A stretch of DNA of 64,000 nt, taken from the NCBI GenBank assembly GCA_010909165.1, contig MU008155.1:1302001-1366000 (forward strand), read 5' to 3'. A program made the position numbers and the translations under genes. Under the pieces are notes generated by a model, which saw only the letters and a list, made by a program, of their open reading frames with translations, was not told where the DNA came from and did not search any database. The DNA is from Anthoceros angustus. Its lineage: Eukaryota > Plantae > Anthocerotophyta. Below, in pieces: positions 49,855-62,663 of the stretch; the first letter of the stretch is position 1, and every line of letters begins with the position of its first letter.

Positions 49855-50504
49855 TACGCACTATGGATTATTGACTGCAAGTAGCACGCTTCATCAGGCC
49901 ACCTTGATACCTCCTCTTGAATCACCGGACAACGGTGAGGATGAGCGATGATCCTCGAGATCCACCGACTCCTCGGCGATATGAACCTCCCGATATGGAG
50001 TGGTCGAATACCACCACGGTTACCAAAATACTTAAGTGAACCTTTGGTGCCGCTATATGCATCTCCTCGCAATATTTTCGCCACCACTTTCCAGCGATCT
50101 GACGGTGGATGGCACAGTGTGTGACGGACAGTGAGACGATCTCCACTGCACAGCGACCGCCAAATGAGGTGGAATCGCAAATTTGGGTTGATGCAAATAG
50201 CCCGTTCATATGTTTCGCCAGCGAGGACACAACCGGCTAAACAAAGAATAAAGCATATTTTATGGAATATGCCTAGGCAAAACTCAATTTGCTAAAAAAT
50301 CTCGGGCTCCTCGATTCTACGCAATGCAGCGAAGGCATTTAACGATCCTCACCATGATTTGTAGCATAAAGTAGATATCCGTCCTAATTGTCAATAATCA
50401 ATGCGGTCCGCAAGAGGCATCTATACATGATGTTGAGCGGGCAATCTTTGCGGGTCTCCCTCGAGCACGCGTTCTCAACAATTCGTTTTCACTAGTCACG
50501 AGCA

Positions 50505-52852
50505 ATGGCAAGCGATCTCAATGCGGAGGAGGTTCTTTGATTTGGTGAGCAGCGGACTAGTGATGGCCGATGAAGACATCGGCCATGTCGAGTCGGATAT
50601 CGTGGACTTGGCGGCGGCGCGATGCTAGGCATGGGGTCCACTAGGCAATGTGTCAAATTCACGTGGTCGACATTCAAGGCGTTCTGACCCAGGTAAACCC
50701 CGGGCGTCCGGTGAAAGCTTGCGAAGACCCGGACACGCCAGTTTGGATCAAACCGACTTCTTTGGGTGATCGTTGGGCCTTGGTACGCAAGTGATGGAGA
50801 CCTTTACTTGTTTGATCCGGATGGACTCGGAGCAGGCGGCGAGACCGAGGAGAATTGCGGCACATGTGGACCGGCATGTCCGAGCTCGACAGCGCGCTGG
50901 GCGGCGGCCCGATATCCACCACCTGGCGCCGCACCCCTCGGCGGCTGCCGGCACTATACCAGTGCATTCAAATCGCGGTGCCAAGAAATTGGCAAGGATG
51001 TTACCTCGATCCAAATCCGCGCCAGCGGGTGGCTCCTGGTGACAAGGTGACAAGTGGCACCTACAACAAGTCCATGGTGTGCTTGCAAAGTACCATCAAC
51101 CTTGTGTCACACCACCTAGCACGAATGACAACACGGATTCTGAAGCAGAGAGTGTTGGTGAGTCTCTAATGCGGTGAGAAGATGCATGTGATCGTAGACT
51201 TCGGTTTGGACTTCACGGCATTGGGTCATGGAGGACCTGCCAGGAGCAGGCCAGAGCGACCAAACCTGGTACGTGATCCAATTGCCTTGTTTGGAGATGT
51301 GCTGGCACTAGATCACAATGAAGATTTGCCCGAAATGCTGCCCCCTACTAATCCTAAGTCCAGGGGGTTGGAGTTGCAATCTCGCGATAGGGTTGTTTGC
51401 TCAACAAAGAACCGTGCAAGGGTTGTCGGATCATGTAATCGCGGAATCAGTAAAGCGGCTTTCAGCATATGAAGAGACAATGTTGTACAAAAGGTTTAGC
51501 AAGGCTGGGGAAATGGTGATCAAGTCACTTTGTTGTTCTTTTTTTTCCATGATCCATCGGGCGATCAAACCCTAATGCATTGGAGGGTAGTTATTAAAGA
51601 GGGGTGCTACAACCCTCTACAGCAGTCAGAAAAGGTCACGCAGCACCCTTTGAAGAAACATGCAACCAATCAAGCTTTTGGAGACCACAATCATGGGTTA
51701 TGATTTCGAGTTGACGAGGAACAAGACTTTGAGCAAAGACACAATGGACATGTTGAGGAGGAAGATCTTCGAGTTACGAGCAGAGCCAAGAGAGGAACCG
51801 GCTTTGCTTCCTCCTGTTGATGGTGAAGCAAGTGGTGACGATAGAGTTTTTATGCAGTGTGGCTTATCTGTATTGGCATAGAGTGCTGATGCATTGTGGC
51901 TTTTGCACCGGATGTCCGGTGCTAAAGCTCCTGGTCGTTTCTAATTGTTGTAAGCATTACGCTTGTTTCTAGCCAGCCGCATATTTGGGTTTTTGTGATT
52001 TGGGCCTGGGCTCGGCGGGGCTTGATCATGAGGTGTGCCGGGCTTTTGACTTGTATGCGGGTGATTAGTCAGCGAACCTGAACACACTGCCATGTGGTAT
52101 TTTGGTCATTTGCCGTGTACTCGCAGCTACTCCATCTACCGCTCAGAACCAATTCTCCTGTGTTTGCCTTCCGGATGTGCGCGGCAAGCAACGGAGCAAG
52201 AACCCATTTAGGTGTGCGTCGTCAATTGTCCTGTACAGTCTGGCTGTGCATGCTGATGCTAGTGAGCGAAACCTTGATGCCTCCACCAGACGGGTGCTAG
52301 AGTGTTGTTGCAGACCAAACCAGTTCCTATGAGGACCAGGCGTGGCGGCTACCAGTCCCCACCATGGGTCACATGGCATATTGCGCAGAAGAGGGCCGAG
52401 GAGATCCACTTGATGGAGCGTCGTGGGCGTCCGAGGCATCATCGCCAATTGGTGGCCACTTCTCGAGTGGCATCCGCTTGCCACTCCCAAAGCCTTTGCG
52501 GGTTCTGTGGGGAGGTGGGATAAGGGTTTCTTTGAGGGAGCCTGAGAGTGAGGACTCTTTCCCGAGGAGGAGGAGGGCTGTGAGGCCCCGTGACATCTCC
52601 CATGATCTCACATTGGCTGGGAAGGAGGTGAAGGCAGCTGAGATGGAGCTGCGGAGGTTCAGGCCATATCTGGCCGTAAAGCCTGAACAGCGGGAGTTGA
52701 CGAAGGAGGAGCTAGAGGTAGAAGAGGCAGTGTGGGCAGCAAGAAGGCGTCAGAGGGAGCTGGCGCTTGTAATGGCGGCAGCGGAAACAGCTGCCAAGGC
52801 ATTAGCAGCTGTAGAGGGTTCAGATGTGAAGCGGGAGCCTGTGGCTGAGTGA
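50505..52852 (+). pseudogene. Fragmented cargo ORFs of the TIR element, divergent from the transposase
   Basis: Protein-like segments: MASDLNAEEV..(50506), IVGPWYASDGDLYLFDPDG (50766), 51182-51472, 51660-51881 and 52364-52852 (helical tail). No family recognised. Confidence 0.4.
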
Positions 52853-53786
52853 AGGCTTTTGGTAGTAGGCTGTTTCAATTCATGCATCTGTCGGTTGCTG
52901 TTGCTGGTGCTGTCGCTTGAAATCTTGATTTTACTTTTGCTGTTGTTGTCCTCTTGTTGATGGTGCTGTTACAAAGGCTGTTGCTGTTGGTAGTAAGGTC
53001 TTGCTGTGAGCCAATGACTGACTGCTGCTCTTCATGTATGTAGGTGCCAACATATAGGCGGGGAGGTTGATGTACAGTGGAGGGCAGCAGGCCTGTGATG
53101 AGGTCCTTCCTTTTTTTGGGAGCCACAAAACCCCTGGCTAGGATAGGCAGCTATGTTTTGGTGTGGGTGGAGTGCTGGTGCAAACCGTAGACTTCAAACT
53201 TGTTCATAACAGTAGTGGGCGTAAATTGTTGGCTTTGTCTGGACAACGTGGTGCGAAGGTCACCGGATGTCCGGTGCCTTTGGCAACTTAACTGAAAAGC
53301 TTGTCTTCGCGCTTAGACTGCAGATCCAACCTAGGTCCGACACCCATGTCTCTTCGCTTATGAGTATGGGTCACTTGAAAAAATTCGAAAAGTGACCGGT
53401 TGTCCGGTATCGGTTATATGGTGCCAGGGCACTTTTCTTTTTCATATATGTGAGCATTTTTGTATAATTTGGAACGCGAAAATATAGTTGGGCATATGGC
53501 CCATGTGGGATCTTGGTGTCTTATACCTCTAGTCTCCCACTATTGTACCAAATCAGATGTGTGCATGCATGTTTGTGTATCGGCTAGTTGACATGAAGAC
53601 ACATATCCTTGTTGTTTTTTATGGTGCCACAACCTTGCGATCGGTGTGGATCGCGGACTCTTCCCTGGGGTAGGAAATGAGTTAGGTTTTGTTTTTTTCG
53701 TAGGCGTGGAGTAGAAAATAAGGCGGAAGGGGAAAAATAGGTCCGAGCCCTGACTACACTCGGAGTAGTTCAAGGACTCGGAGTAG

Positions 53787-56491
53787 GTCAAGGATCACGG
53801 AGCACCCTCCCGGGAGGACCCACGACTACACTGGGCACAGTGGGTCCGCACCACACCGGATGTGATAAGCACGCCAAGCAAAGTAACTTAGGAGCGGAGC
53901 GGATGTGACGGGCCACGTGGGCATCTGAGAGGCGGACGGCAGCATCACCGTAGGGGTTACGTGGGTCAATTATAACCAAGTCCGACTTACCCGGATCACT
54001 GTGGTCCTTAACGGACCGGGAGATGCCCGCACCCACGACGGACTTCTCGGGTGCCTCGCCAGCTGTGGCCATGGAAGAGACACGGCGAGTCCTGGCAACC
54101 GTCATGGACGGGATGCTCTGGGGTCTCTGCGGGACGGCAGTAAGACCCAGGAGGTAGAGGCAACCAGGAGGCGCATGGTGCTCCTCTAGGAGCAGGTGGA
54201 GGCGGCCCAAGCGGCCAAGAAGAAGGCGGAAGCCCTCGCTCAAATCGAGGAGGGAAAGCGTCGGGAAGCAGAGCGGGAGGTCCGGTCTATTCATTAAGAC
54301 CGGACCAAGGTCCTCACCGCGGCACAAAAGCAGTGGAGGCCCCAAGCCCGCAGAGGACCGCAGCGACGGAAGTGGCGCAGGGGGAGTTGGAGGAAGCCCA
54401 GGGACAGTGAGCGGCTCGAGACCGGCCGAGGGCGGCTCGGAACAACACCAAGCCTAAGCTCGTGAAGGCGGCGCGGAGGCGGCCGCGGTAAACCGATCAC
54501 CGGCGGGATCGAAACCGGTGGAGGGGAGACGGACAGCCGCTGCTAACCTCAAGGCGGAGCAGAGGTGGGGAGGGGAGCAGGGACGGCCCAGTGAAGAGAA
54601 AGAGGCCAGCAACAAGGAGATGGAGGATCTCTGGGCTCAGTTGCGTGGAGCGGAGGAACGGCGGCAGGAGATGGAAGACCGCAAGGAGACCTTGGAGCTG
54701 CAGCTCCAAGACACAATCGAGCGGAACGGAGCTCTTCGGGGCGTGATCGCTGATCACGAGCGGGAGATAGAGCGACTCCAGCTCTGTTGGAGGGCGGAGG
54801 AGGTAAGGCGATGGAACAAGGAGCAGGACGTCGCCGAAATGGAGAAGAACCTGGACGAAGCAAGGAACCGGGCGGAGTTGCCGGACCGCCTGGGAAGAGA
54901 GATGGCGGAGCTTCAGGCCAGGATGAACGGGGGAGCGAGGGCCCTGGACGCAGAAAAGAAGCTGTTGGTCCAGTTGAGGAAGGCGGAGGGGGAGCGCTGC
55001 GCCATGGCGGGAAAGCCGGGCAGGAGGTGCGGAAACAAAGGGAGCTGGAGCAGGCGGAGCAGCAGCGGCGGCTGCAGGAAGTAACGGAGGCCTCCCTCGT
55101 GGCCTCGAGACGGCCCGCCCAACCGGCGGCGATGAAGACAGCAACAAGCCGCAGCACGCCCGCCAAGCACCTATGGCGGAAGGGAGACGGGTGCTCCGGC
55201 GCTGTGGAAGAGGCAATCCAAAGAAATCGACTGATTTTGCCTACTACACGCCGAGCTCCTCAAGGCTTGGAAGCTTTCGCACTGCCATAACTGGACGCAC
55301 CTCCTAAGGGTCAAGGAGTGGAAGGAGAAGAAGGGCACGGGACAAGACGGGGCCTTGGTGGCCTTGTTCGTGACGGCGCGGTGGAGAGGAGCCCAGAGGA
55401 AGCATGACGCGCCAACGAACAGTGCCTTGAGGTAAGCCACCGCAACCAGCAGGAGGATAGGGAACGAGGCCCCAAAGGGGTGGGGAGGAGGAAATCAACC
55501 GGACCAAGGCTAGGGGGGCCGTGAGCGAGGATGGGCCTCAGCCGAGGGTCGTGGCCTGGGGTCCGGACTTGAAGACCGACCGGTAATAAGGTTGGACCTC
55601 GAGGTCCGAACCTGAGAAGACCGGACCTCGAGGTCCCGACTGAAATAAGGCCGACTCAAGATCGGACTGTGAGTCGAGACCGACCCCGAGGTCCGGACTC
55701 GGAGGAGAGAGGAGTCGACTTGCTCAGAGGAGCACAACCTGGCTCTGTGTGACCCACTCAAGACTAGGAGAGGAGGATGTGGTGGTGATCAGCGGTTGTC
55801 CCACCGCGTAGAGCCCACCCGGCAGGTCTCGGAAGGGGAAGGGTCTCGCCGCTGGATCATCCGATTGGAACACAAGGTGGAGGGTCATTGCCGAGGCGAA
55901 CCAAGGGCATCCCCAGCCGATCACGAGGCGAAACCAAGGGCATCCCGCCCACCACGACGACGGAGATAGGCGGAGGGGGGGATGGTAGGCGGTTGATTAG
56001 ACACACCGAGGCCACCACCAATAGGAGTGTAATAAAGACCACCTTGGGTGTAGTATAAGAGGGGACCGCCTAGTAAAGCATCTTTTCTTGGTGGATACTT
56101 CTTGTAGACTCTTGTGTGTCTGCGCTAACAAGAGGTCAGTCACCGAAAGGTGCATGACGCCCCGAGAGATTGATCAAGGTCCTGGTGACGGACCCTAACG
56201 TGGTGATGGTGTGAGGGCAAACGACGACCCTTTTTGCTCAGAGAATGGACCGACGCGAAGTGGACCGAACGCGGTGGAGGCGGAGGAACTCCGGGAAGGC
56301 GTGTAGAGCCCAGCGGAACGACGGAGGAGGTCCGGACCACGCAGCCCACCCGCCTTTTCCCCCAAGAACGATGAGTGCAGCGAGAGTGGTGAGAAGAACG
56401 GACTAGAAGAACGAGTGACGGACTGGAATGATACGGACGCGAACGAGTCCTTAAATGTTTGGCCAAGGCGGGCCTATTCGGTGAACGTTAC
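53787..56491 (+). mobile_element. 2.7-kb solo-LTR-like insertion containing a frameshifted coiled-coil ORF
   Basis: Flanked by direct repeat GAGTAG (53781-53786, 56492-56497). Ends are GTCAAGG...CGTTAC (near TG..CA, imperfect). TATAA lies at 56054. ORF 54518-55084 is heptad-rich (EMEDRKETLELQLQDTIERN..). Confidence 0.65.
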
Positions 56492-57094
56492 GAGTAGTTA
56501 GTCGTAAAACGGTGAACGCGTGCGTTTGAGTCTGAAACGGACACGACGTTGAGGTGAGAAACGATTGAAACGTGGCAAACGGAGCCTATCATTCTCTTGG
56601 GAACGGACTCCTTACTACACGACACGGGATTGTGCGCGCCCGGCTGGCCGTCAGCAAAAGTCGCGCCACAATCGGTAAGGGTAGGATGTCCGGCATACTT
56701 GGACCAATGTGTACAAAAAAACATGTTAGCATATTGAGGTGTCGTTGCAGTTTTCAACTTAGCACATTGGTTCTGAAATTGTCATAAATGTATAGATTTA
56801 AAATGACAACCGGTTTTTGCGAAAATGCCCTTAAAAATCCTTAAAAATGGGGTATTTTCCAACTTGATCCAACCATGGACCTTTCTTAACAAGGTTAAAA
56901 GACATCCAAAAGGTAGAAAAGGTGCTTGACCTTTTCTACCTTTTTGAAAATTGGAAATAGTGCGGTTTTTGCCCTTGGTTTTTGGAAAAGCACCCAATCC
57001 AGAGATTGGTTTCCAATTTGTAGGTCGAATGTGACCAAATGGACGTCTGTCTCTAAAAAGAGGAGTGTGTCTCTACTTCTTAGGAGACCTTGTT

Positions 57095-57501
57095 AGTGAT
57101 GAAGCGCGTGCGAGTTGAGGCTTTCGGCATTCCCAAATAAGCATGGGTTAGTACATGAAGTGTCCGATTACACCGCTTGGTCGCTTTTCCTTTTAGCATT
57201 TGCCAGTGGGATGGTTCCTAAACTCCCACTGCTTCTGGCAGGGTCCAATATGCGCATACAGGAGGAGTCTGACATGAAGTCTGAGGACAGGATCTCGGGC
57301 CAGGAAAAGAGGAAATGGAAGAGATCAGAGGTCCTCCAATGGGTGGTTCATGTCAAACCTGAAGGACCGGCGGGTGAGGGCGGTGGCCAAAATTATTGTC
57401 CACTGGAACATGCTCATGAAGGTAGACCACCTAGGGGACAACCTACTCGTGTTCCTTCATGCTCTCATGAGGGGGAAAAGAGCTGCATGAACGACATGTA
57501 A
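57095..57501 (+). pseudogene. 3' part of the ORF interrupted by the TIR element
   Basis: Continues the 44418-44947 frame briefly, then shifts into ORF 57115-57501. Confidence 0.4.
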
Positions 57502-57942
57502 AAAGTCTTGGCCTAGGAGACTCCTTAGAGTTCCTAGGAACTGCAGCAAAGAACCGAATCCACAAAGGCGCAGCTAACCACGGCACTGTAGGAGGAGACA
57601 TCGCGAGTAATCATGAACGCCTTCATTCCCCGGATCTCATGGAATAAGAATCACCACAAGACTCTGATTCACCGATTCTGGTCATCGCCATCATCTTCTT
57701 CGGGATCGATGGCCTGGGATGGCCTGGACCTCGCTAAGGCTTGTGGAGTCCTCAAGATGCGGCCTTTGCCGCTTTCAGCTTCCCCTTCCCCTTCAATGGC
57801 TCCGGCACCACCCCTCCGATCTCCTCCGCGGGCCGGTTGTACACTACTCGAAGTGCTTCCACCGTCCAGCACCTGAGGTCCTCCCTCAAACTCTTCGAGC
57901 GGACCGACTTATTCGCCACCGCCAACAGCTTTTAGGCGTACT

Positions 57943-58161
57943 TGTGGACAAGGGACGAATGCTTTGACTCTCCTTCGGGTCGATTAGTAGGGATTTTTCA
58001 ATTTTTTCGTGAGGATTTGTGTGAGAAATGAGGGATACAAGTGGATAATAAGGCCTATTTAGTCAGGGTTCAGAGCAACTACGGAGGAGAAACGGAGAAG
58101 GTCCGAAGGAGGGGGTCCTGGGTGGTCTGACGACGTGGGTTGTAATTACGGAAGGGCAACA
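57943..58161. repeat. Short LTR-like repeat related to 43720-44028
   Basis: See 43720-44028. This copy lacks ~90 bp of the other. Confidence 0.6.
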
Positions 58162-60099
58162 CGTGGACAGTGGCATGGGTCGTCTGACATACAAGGGGTG
58201 AGAACCCCAGATTTGCTAGAAGCCGTTAAAGGCAGGTAGTCACGACCCAAGGACATGCTCCAAGAAGGCGGCGGGTGTGAAGATGTGGTATAAGATGCGG
58301 CAGTGGTACATCGGTACCCAAGGACAACTTCCCTGCAACAATTATGCCTCGCTGATTACAATGAGAGAAGAAGAAGACTCCTGCATGTATGCCTTGGCGC
58401 TTTTCCTGCCTCGGCCGACACCTAGCCCGGGCGCCACTCTTCCATCGCTGAAACGCACCATCTTGGAGGACTCCATCGTCTCAGCGCGCTTCCCTCCTTT
58501 AGGGCTAAGGGCGACGAAAGATGCGATGAGGCCGGAGCCATTCCGGAAGGGAGACGACCAGTGAGGCGGCATGGCTCCCAAGAAAGCGGCAGAGACTCTG
58601 GAGCCCTGGATGCTGGTGAAGAAGAACATCACCACCAAGCGCTACCCGGATTTCTGCCCATGGCTGGAGGAGGCGGGCGAGCTCATCGAGGAGTGGCACC
58701 TGGACATATTCAAGGCAGTCTGGACTTGCGACAGCGTGACCAGCTCCGCCTCTGCCTATCTTCGCTCACCGACAAGGGTACCGGTGCCGTAGTCTTGGCG
58801 GCCACCTCGAACGCCGCCTTCTTCTTCCCTCCATCCTGGTCCGACTTCTAGCCCTGTCGACACAGTCACTGGGGCTTGCTCTTCCAGTATCGCCACTAGC
58901 AACAGGAAAGATGGAATCTCTTCCCAAATTTCCCTTGGGGGGCAAGTGGTCCTTTCCAAGCGAATGGCATCCAGGATGGTCTCCCAATCCTCCTCCGCCT
59001 AAGTACGCCCGGTCTAGGGCTTTGCTGCAGGCCTATTGTCCGGGAGGTGCTCCTCATCGTCCCTTCCTCCAATCAACAAGTGTGTTAGCCCCCGGTGGAG
59101 CGCGCGCTCCTCCTCACTCTCCTTCAGGAGGTTGTCACTACTACAAAACGGGACGGTTTATGACAAGTGTGAAATGACAAAGCTATTCCGCATCACTGCC
59201 ATTAAAGAATGCTCTGGTCGGTGGCAATGACATTGTGCATGCGTCATAGGGTGTTTATGATGTATGTATTCTCGTGTTTCCTCCGCTATTGGGCCTCATA
59301 CTAATCTTTGGATTCCATCCCGTCAATATCGTTACGTGGGGGTTCAAATAGTGTCCGACTGCTCGAGTTGGCCTTCCCTGCTCGCAGGCCGGGTCACCAA
59401 CGGGTTAGTGTGGCCGACATTGTCGCCAAACGGTAACCATGTTTCGATCATCGCGGCGTGCTTTAGTGGGAGAGGATGGCCTCGACACCATTCCCAACGC
59501 CCCTGCTGTTGTTTCCAACGGCCGCACGAGGAGGACCCAACGCCTCCCACGGGCGCATTTTAGTTGTGAGCGGGACTCACCACCTTCTCGTGAACTCCTC
59601 TTTACCGCAAAGACGCTGCACCCAACTCCGCCATAGCTGCATCGGGTGAGCTATGGATCCTCCTTACACCAACCACAAATACCGGTCATCTCGCAATTGC
59701 CCGGTTATGGCGGAACCACACACCCCATCCGGCTGACGCCGCAGCCCGCCACGTCGCTCATGGGCGCTACCGCTGCCGAGGTGAGGCAAGATGTCCCAGG
59801 CGCAATCGCCTGGCGCCGCGTAGGGCAAATGTGGAGCGATCGACAATATTGTTTGCTGCACGCCGCCGTAAATCCAGATCGAGGTGTCCAGCCTATGTGC
59901 ATCCACACCGACGGGTTAGCTCGTAATGCCTCGCCGCAGCCTCCGGGGGCTTGTGCGTCATGCCCCGGAGTTTGTTGATGAAGTACCATTGCACATACCC
60001 GACGGGTGGGCGGGTTCCGAGGTGAGCGCTTGCACAAAGTTGATGCAAGACTTCAGCCAGGCTGCTCAGCAGGAGGGACAATCCAATTTGGAGGAGGAG

Positions 60100-62500
60100 G
60101 CTGCCAAACCCTTATGGTCGCCTCCGCCGAGGAATCCATGCATAGTCGATCATCCACGCTCGCATTCCTTAACATCCAAGACCAGATAAGATATCCGACC
60201 GCCATGTCCGCAATCTTCACCTCCTTCTTCGCCGGTGTTGCAAGACCAACAAGATGTCAAGGCAAGGTCGGATGTCCAGAGATGATGCTACACGCCGCGC
60301 AGTACGAATTGATGCCTGTTGGAGATCGCTCTGTTTTGGGGCACGAGGGCATTAGAGACCTCTTGCCACGGCGGCGAGCCCAGATATCGCGAGGGTGCCA
60401 TGGGCAACCTATTTCGGAAGACAATGTTTTATTTCACGCGATCGCCTCGCCGAATGTATGCGCGCTTTTTCAACAAAGACGTGAATCGATATGGTGGAAG
60501 GACCATAGGAGCACCGGTGGCGCGGATAATGGCCGATACACCCGCTCGCGTGCCTTGGATAGTAAGTGCCTTTCCGAAGACCAAATCTTCGCCCAGATTC
60601 TCACAGACGGCTTCAATCCAAGCGCCATCGTTCTTCCTCGTACTCTATCTGGCCTGTTCTCATTTTCATCCACAATTTTCCTCCTTGGCTCACGACAAAG
60701 AAGCAGCGGATTCTTATGCCTTTAATCATCCCAGGGCCGAAACAGGTCAAGAATATGGATGTGTATCTCCAACCTTTGTTGGAGGAGCTGGCGACCTTGT
60801 GGGTGGGTGTCCCATGTGCTGATCATTCCAAAGACGTGTCTGACCCGGGTCGCTTTTTCATCCTGAGGGCCGTGCGCGCACATGTGACTACCCCGACTCG
60901 AGCGCCGCTTGCAAGTGAGAGGGTATCGTTGTTGTGGACGCGGGGCTGGAAGCTAGATGGTCCCGGGCTTTGGAGAAAGTCGCGATGGGCACAGTAGATG
61001 GTGCCCCGCCCACGATAGCGCGGCATGACCACCGTGAGTTTTTCGACAATGCAAGTGATATTCGGCACGCCCTTCCCGAACCGTGCAGACATCATTGGAG
61101 ATGGATGCTTGGGAAAATGCGACCGGTGAGCGGGCGGCCGCAATGTCATGGGGTGTCGCGCCACGGCTTAAATGCTGCCCTACTTGCCGCCTATTCCGGG
61201 TTGTGGTGAAAGACGGATGCACACGGAAGTTAACAACGCTGTGCTTTTTGGAACATATGGAGTGGCAAATGGGACACCCACAATGCCGTGATTGACCTTA
61301 TGAATGTGGCCTCCAAGCCGTGGCTCGTTCGATGTGAGGCCCACCTCCCCGGCCATACACATTGAGCAAAATGACTTACAGTGCCGTGAAAGCGGAGCTA
61401 TGCAGATCAAACCACCAACGGCATTTGGGTCCAACCTTGCAACCAGCTTTGTGGGCAATGGTGAAGAGTCACGACCGCACTTGCTCCTCCAATTTTATTT
61501 TCCTATTGCACTACGCCACCGCTTGAGAGGCCCGGAGTACAAAGCCTTCATATAGAGCTCCATCTACCGATGGATTTGTCAAGGCAATCAAGCCCACGTA
61601 AACTCAATGCGGGCTCGTTGTGGATACAATGGTGGCCTTGGAGCGGTATTACCCTTCCGTGTTTTGGAACTGGCGCACCTCTTTATCCACCGCTAGATGA
61701 AGTTGCCACGCACGGCACGGTGCATGTTCGATGGATGTACCCTATCGAGGCATATGAATGTCTTGAAGCAATCAATCCGCCAAAGCCCGGCCCAAGGAAG
61801 TATGGCCACCGGGTACTTGGCAATGGAGAGCATGTTTTATGCGGACTACCCGGCGGCAAGGAATCCGGCTCAGCTCATTTGTTCCAACAGACATCTATAG
61901 ACCGGATGCAGGCCCCATCGGAAAGCGCAACCTAACCCTAAGTGGAGCAAAAGCGTATGCATCGATTTCGCTCCATTCGGAAACTTTGGATGGGATTCAA
62001 TGAATGGAGTTTGATGTTGAGGACTGACCGGGCCACTTTCCTCGAGTGGTCGGAAGCCGGTCCGAATCGTTGGCAATCCTTGAACAAGATAACGATATTC
62101 GGGCCATGGTGAACGGGCCGTAAGCGGGTCAGCTGGTGGGGTTGGAGACAATGGGGTACCACTACCATAGCCGGTGACTGCACCGCCTCCACATGTGATT
62201 GGGTTTTGGGACCTTTGACATGGAAGACCAACCTCGGCCGCCAGTTGAATGACTGGATGTGACTTTGAGGCGATTTTTGTGCCTTTGTCCTCCAAATCAA
62301 GTGGTTTTTGTGTGACGATCTTCAAACCCAAAGTCTATGGAAGAAGACATGAGCGGTTTCATGGTGGACACAAGGAAGGTGTACATCGGTGACCACAAAA
62401 CCATATTCACGCTGTCGACACGCGTTAGCACACCCGGATGTGGGAGAAGGCCGGGGTGGTTCATTTGCACACCGGTGCCTTCTTGGGATTTGCTATTGGA
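60100..62500 (+). pseudogene. CACTA transposase, frameshifted as assembled
   Basis: TDGFNP, SSSYSIWPVLIFIHNFPPWL, LIIPGPKQVKNMDVYLQPLLEELATLWVGV, EVATHGTVHVRWMYPIE and FVLQIKWFLCD..EEDMSGFMVD. Confidence 0.92.
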
Positions 62501-62663
62501 AAAAGACATGTAAACCCACGATCACCGGGATGTACAGAGCTTCATTGAAATGTAAACCACCAAGTGCCTCCATGGCACACGCATGCGGTCGTGCCATCCG
62601 ATGGCCAACAAAGCTAACCAAAGAGAAAATCCGACAAAGGTCATGGACTTGCACCTCAACGGA

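Larger units (their letters stand above)
44948..57094 (-). mobile_element. 12.1-kb TIR DNA transposon with a MULE-like transposase remnant and multiple cargo ORFs
   Basis: TIR AACAAGGTCTCCTAAGAAGTGGAGACGACTCCTC (44948-44981) vs reverse complement of 57060-57094 AACAAGGTCTCCTAAGAAGTAGAGACACACTCCTC. AGTG flanks both sides (44944-44947, 57095-57098). Confidence 0.8.

Noticed and set aside
50766-50830. YLFDPDG as a herpes-type or Ulp1 cysteine protease signature
   Set aside because: No correctly spaced catalytic Cys/His/Gln could be found; the match is too short to support.
43720-58161. The two short repeats as confirmed paired LTRs of one element
   Set aside because: They are only roughly 80% similar by eye with a ~90-bp length difference, and have no TSD, PBS or PPT. 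Kept only as a hypothesis.
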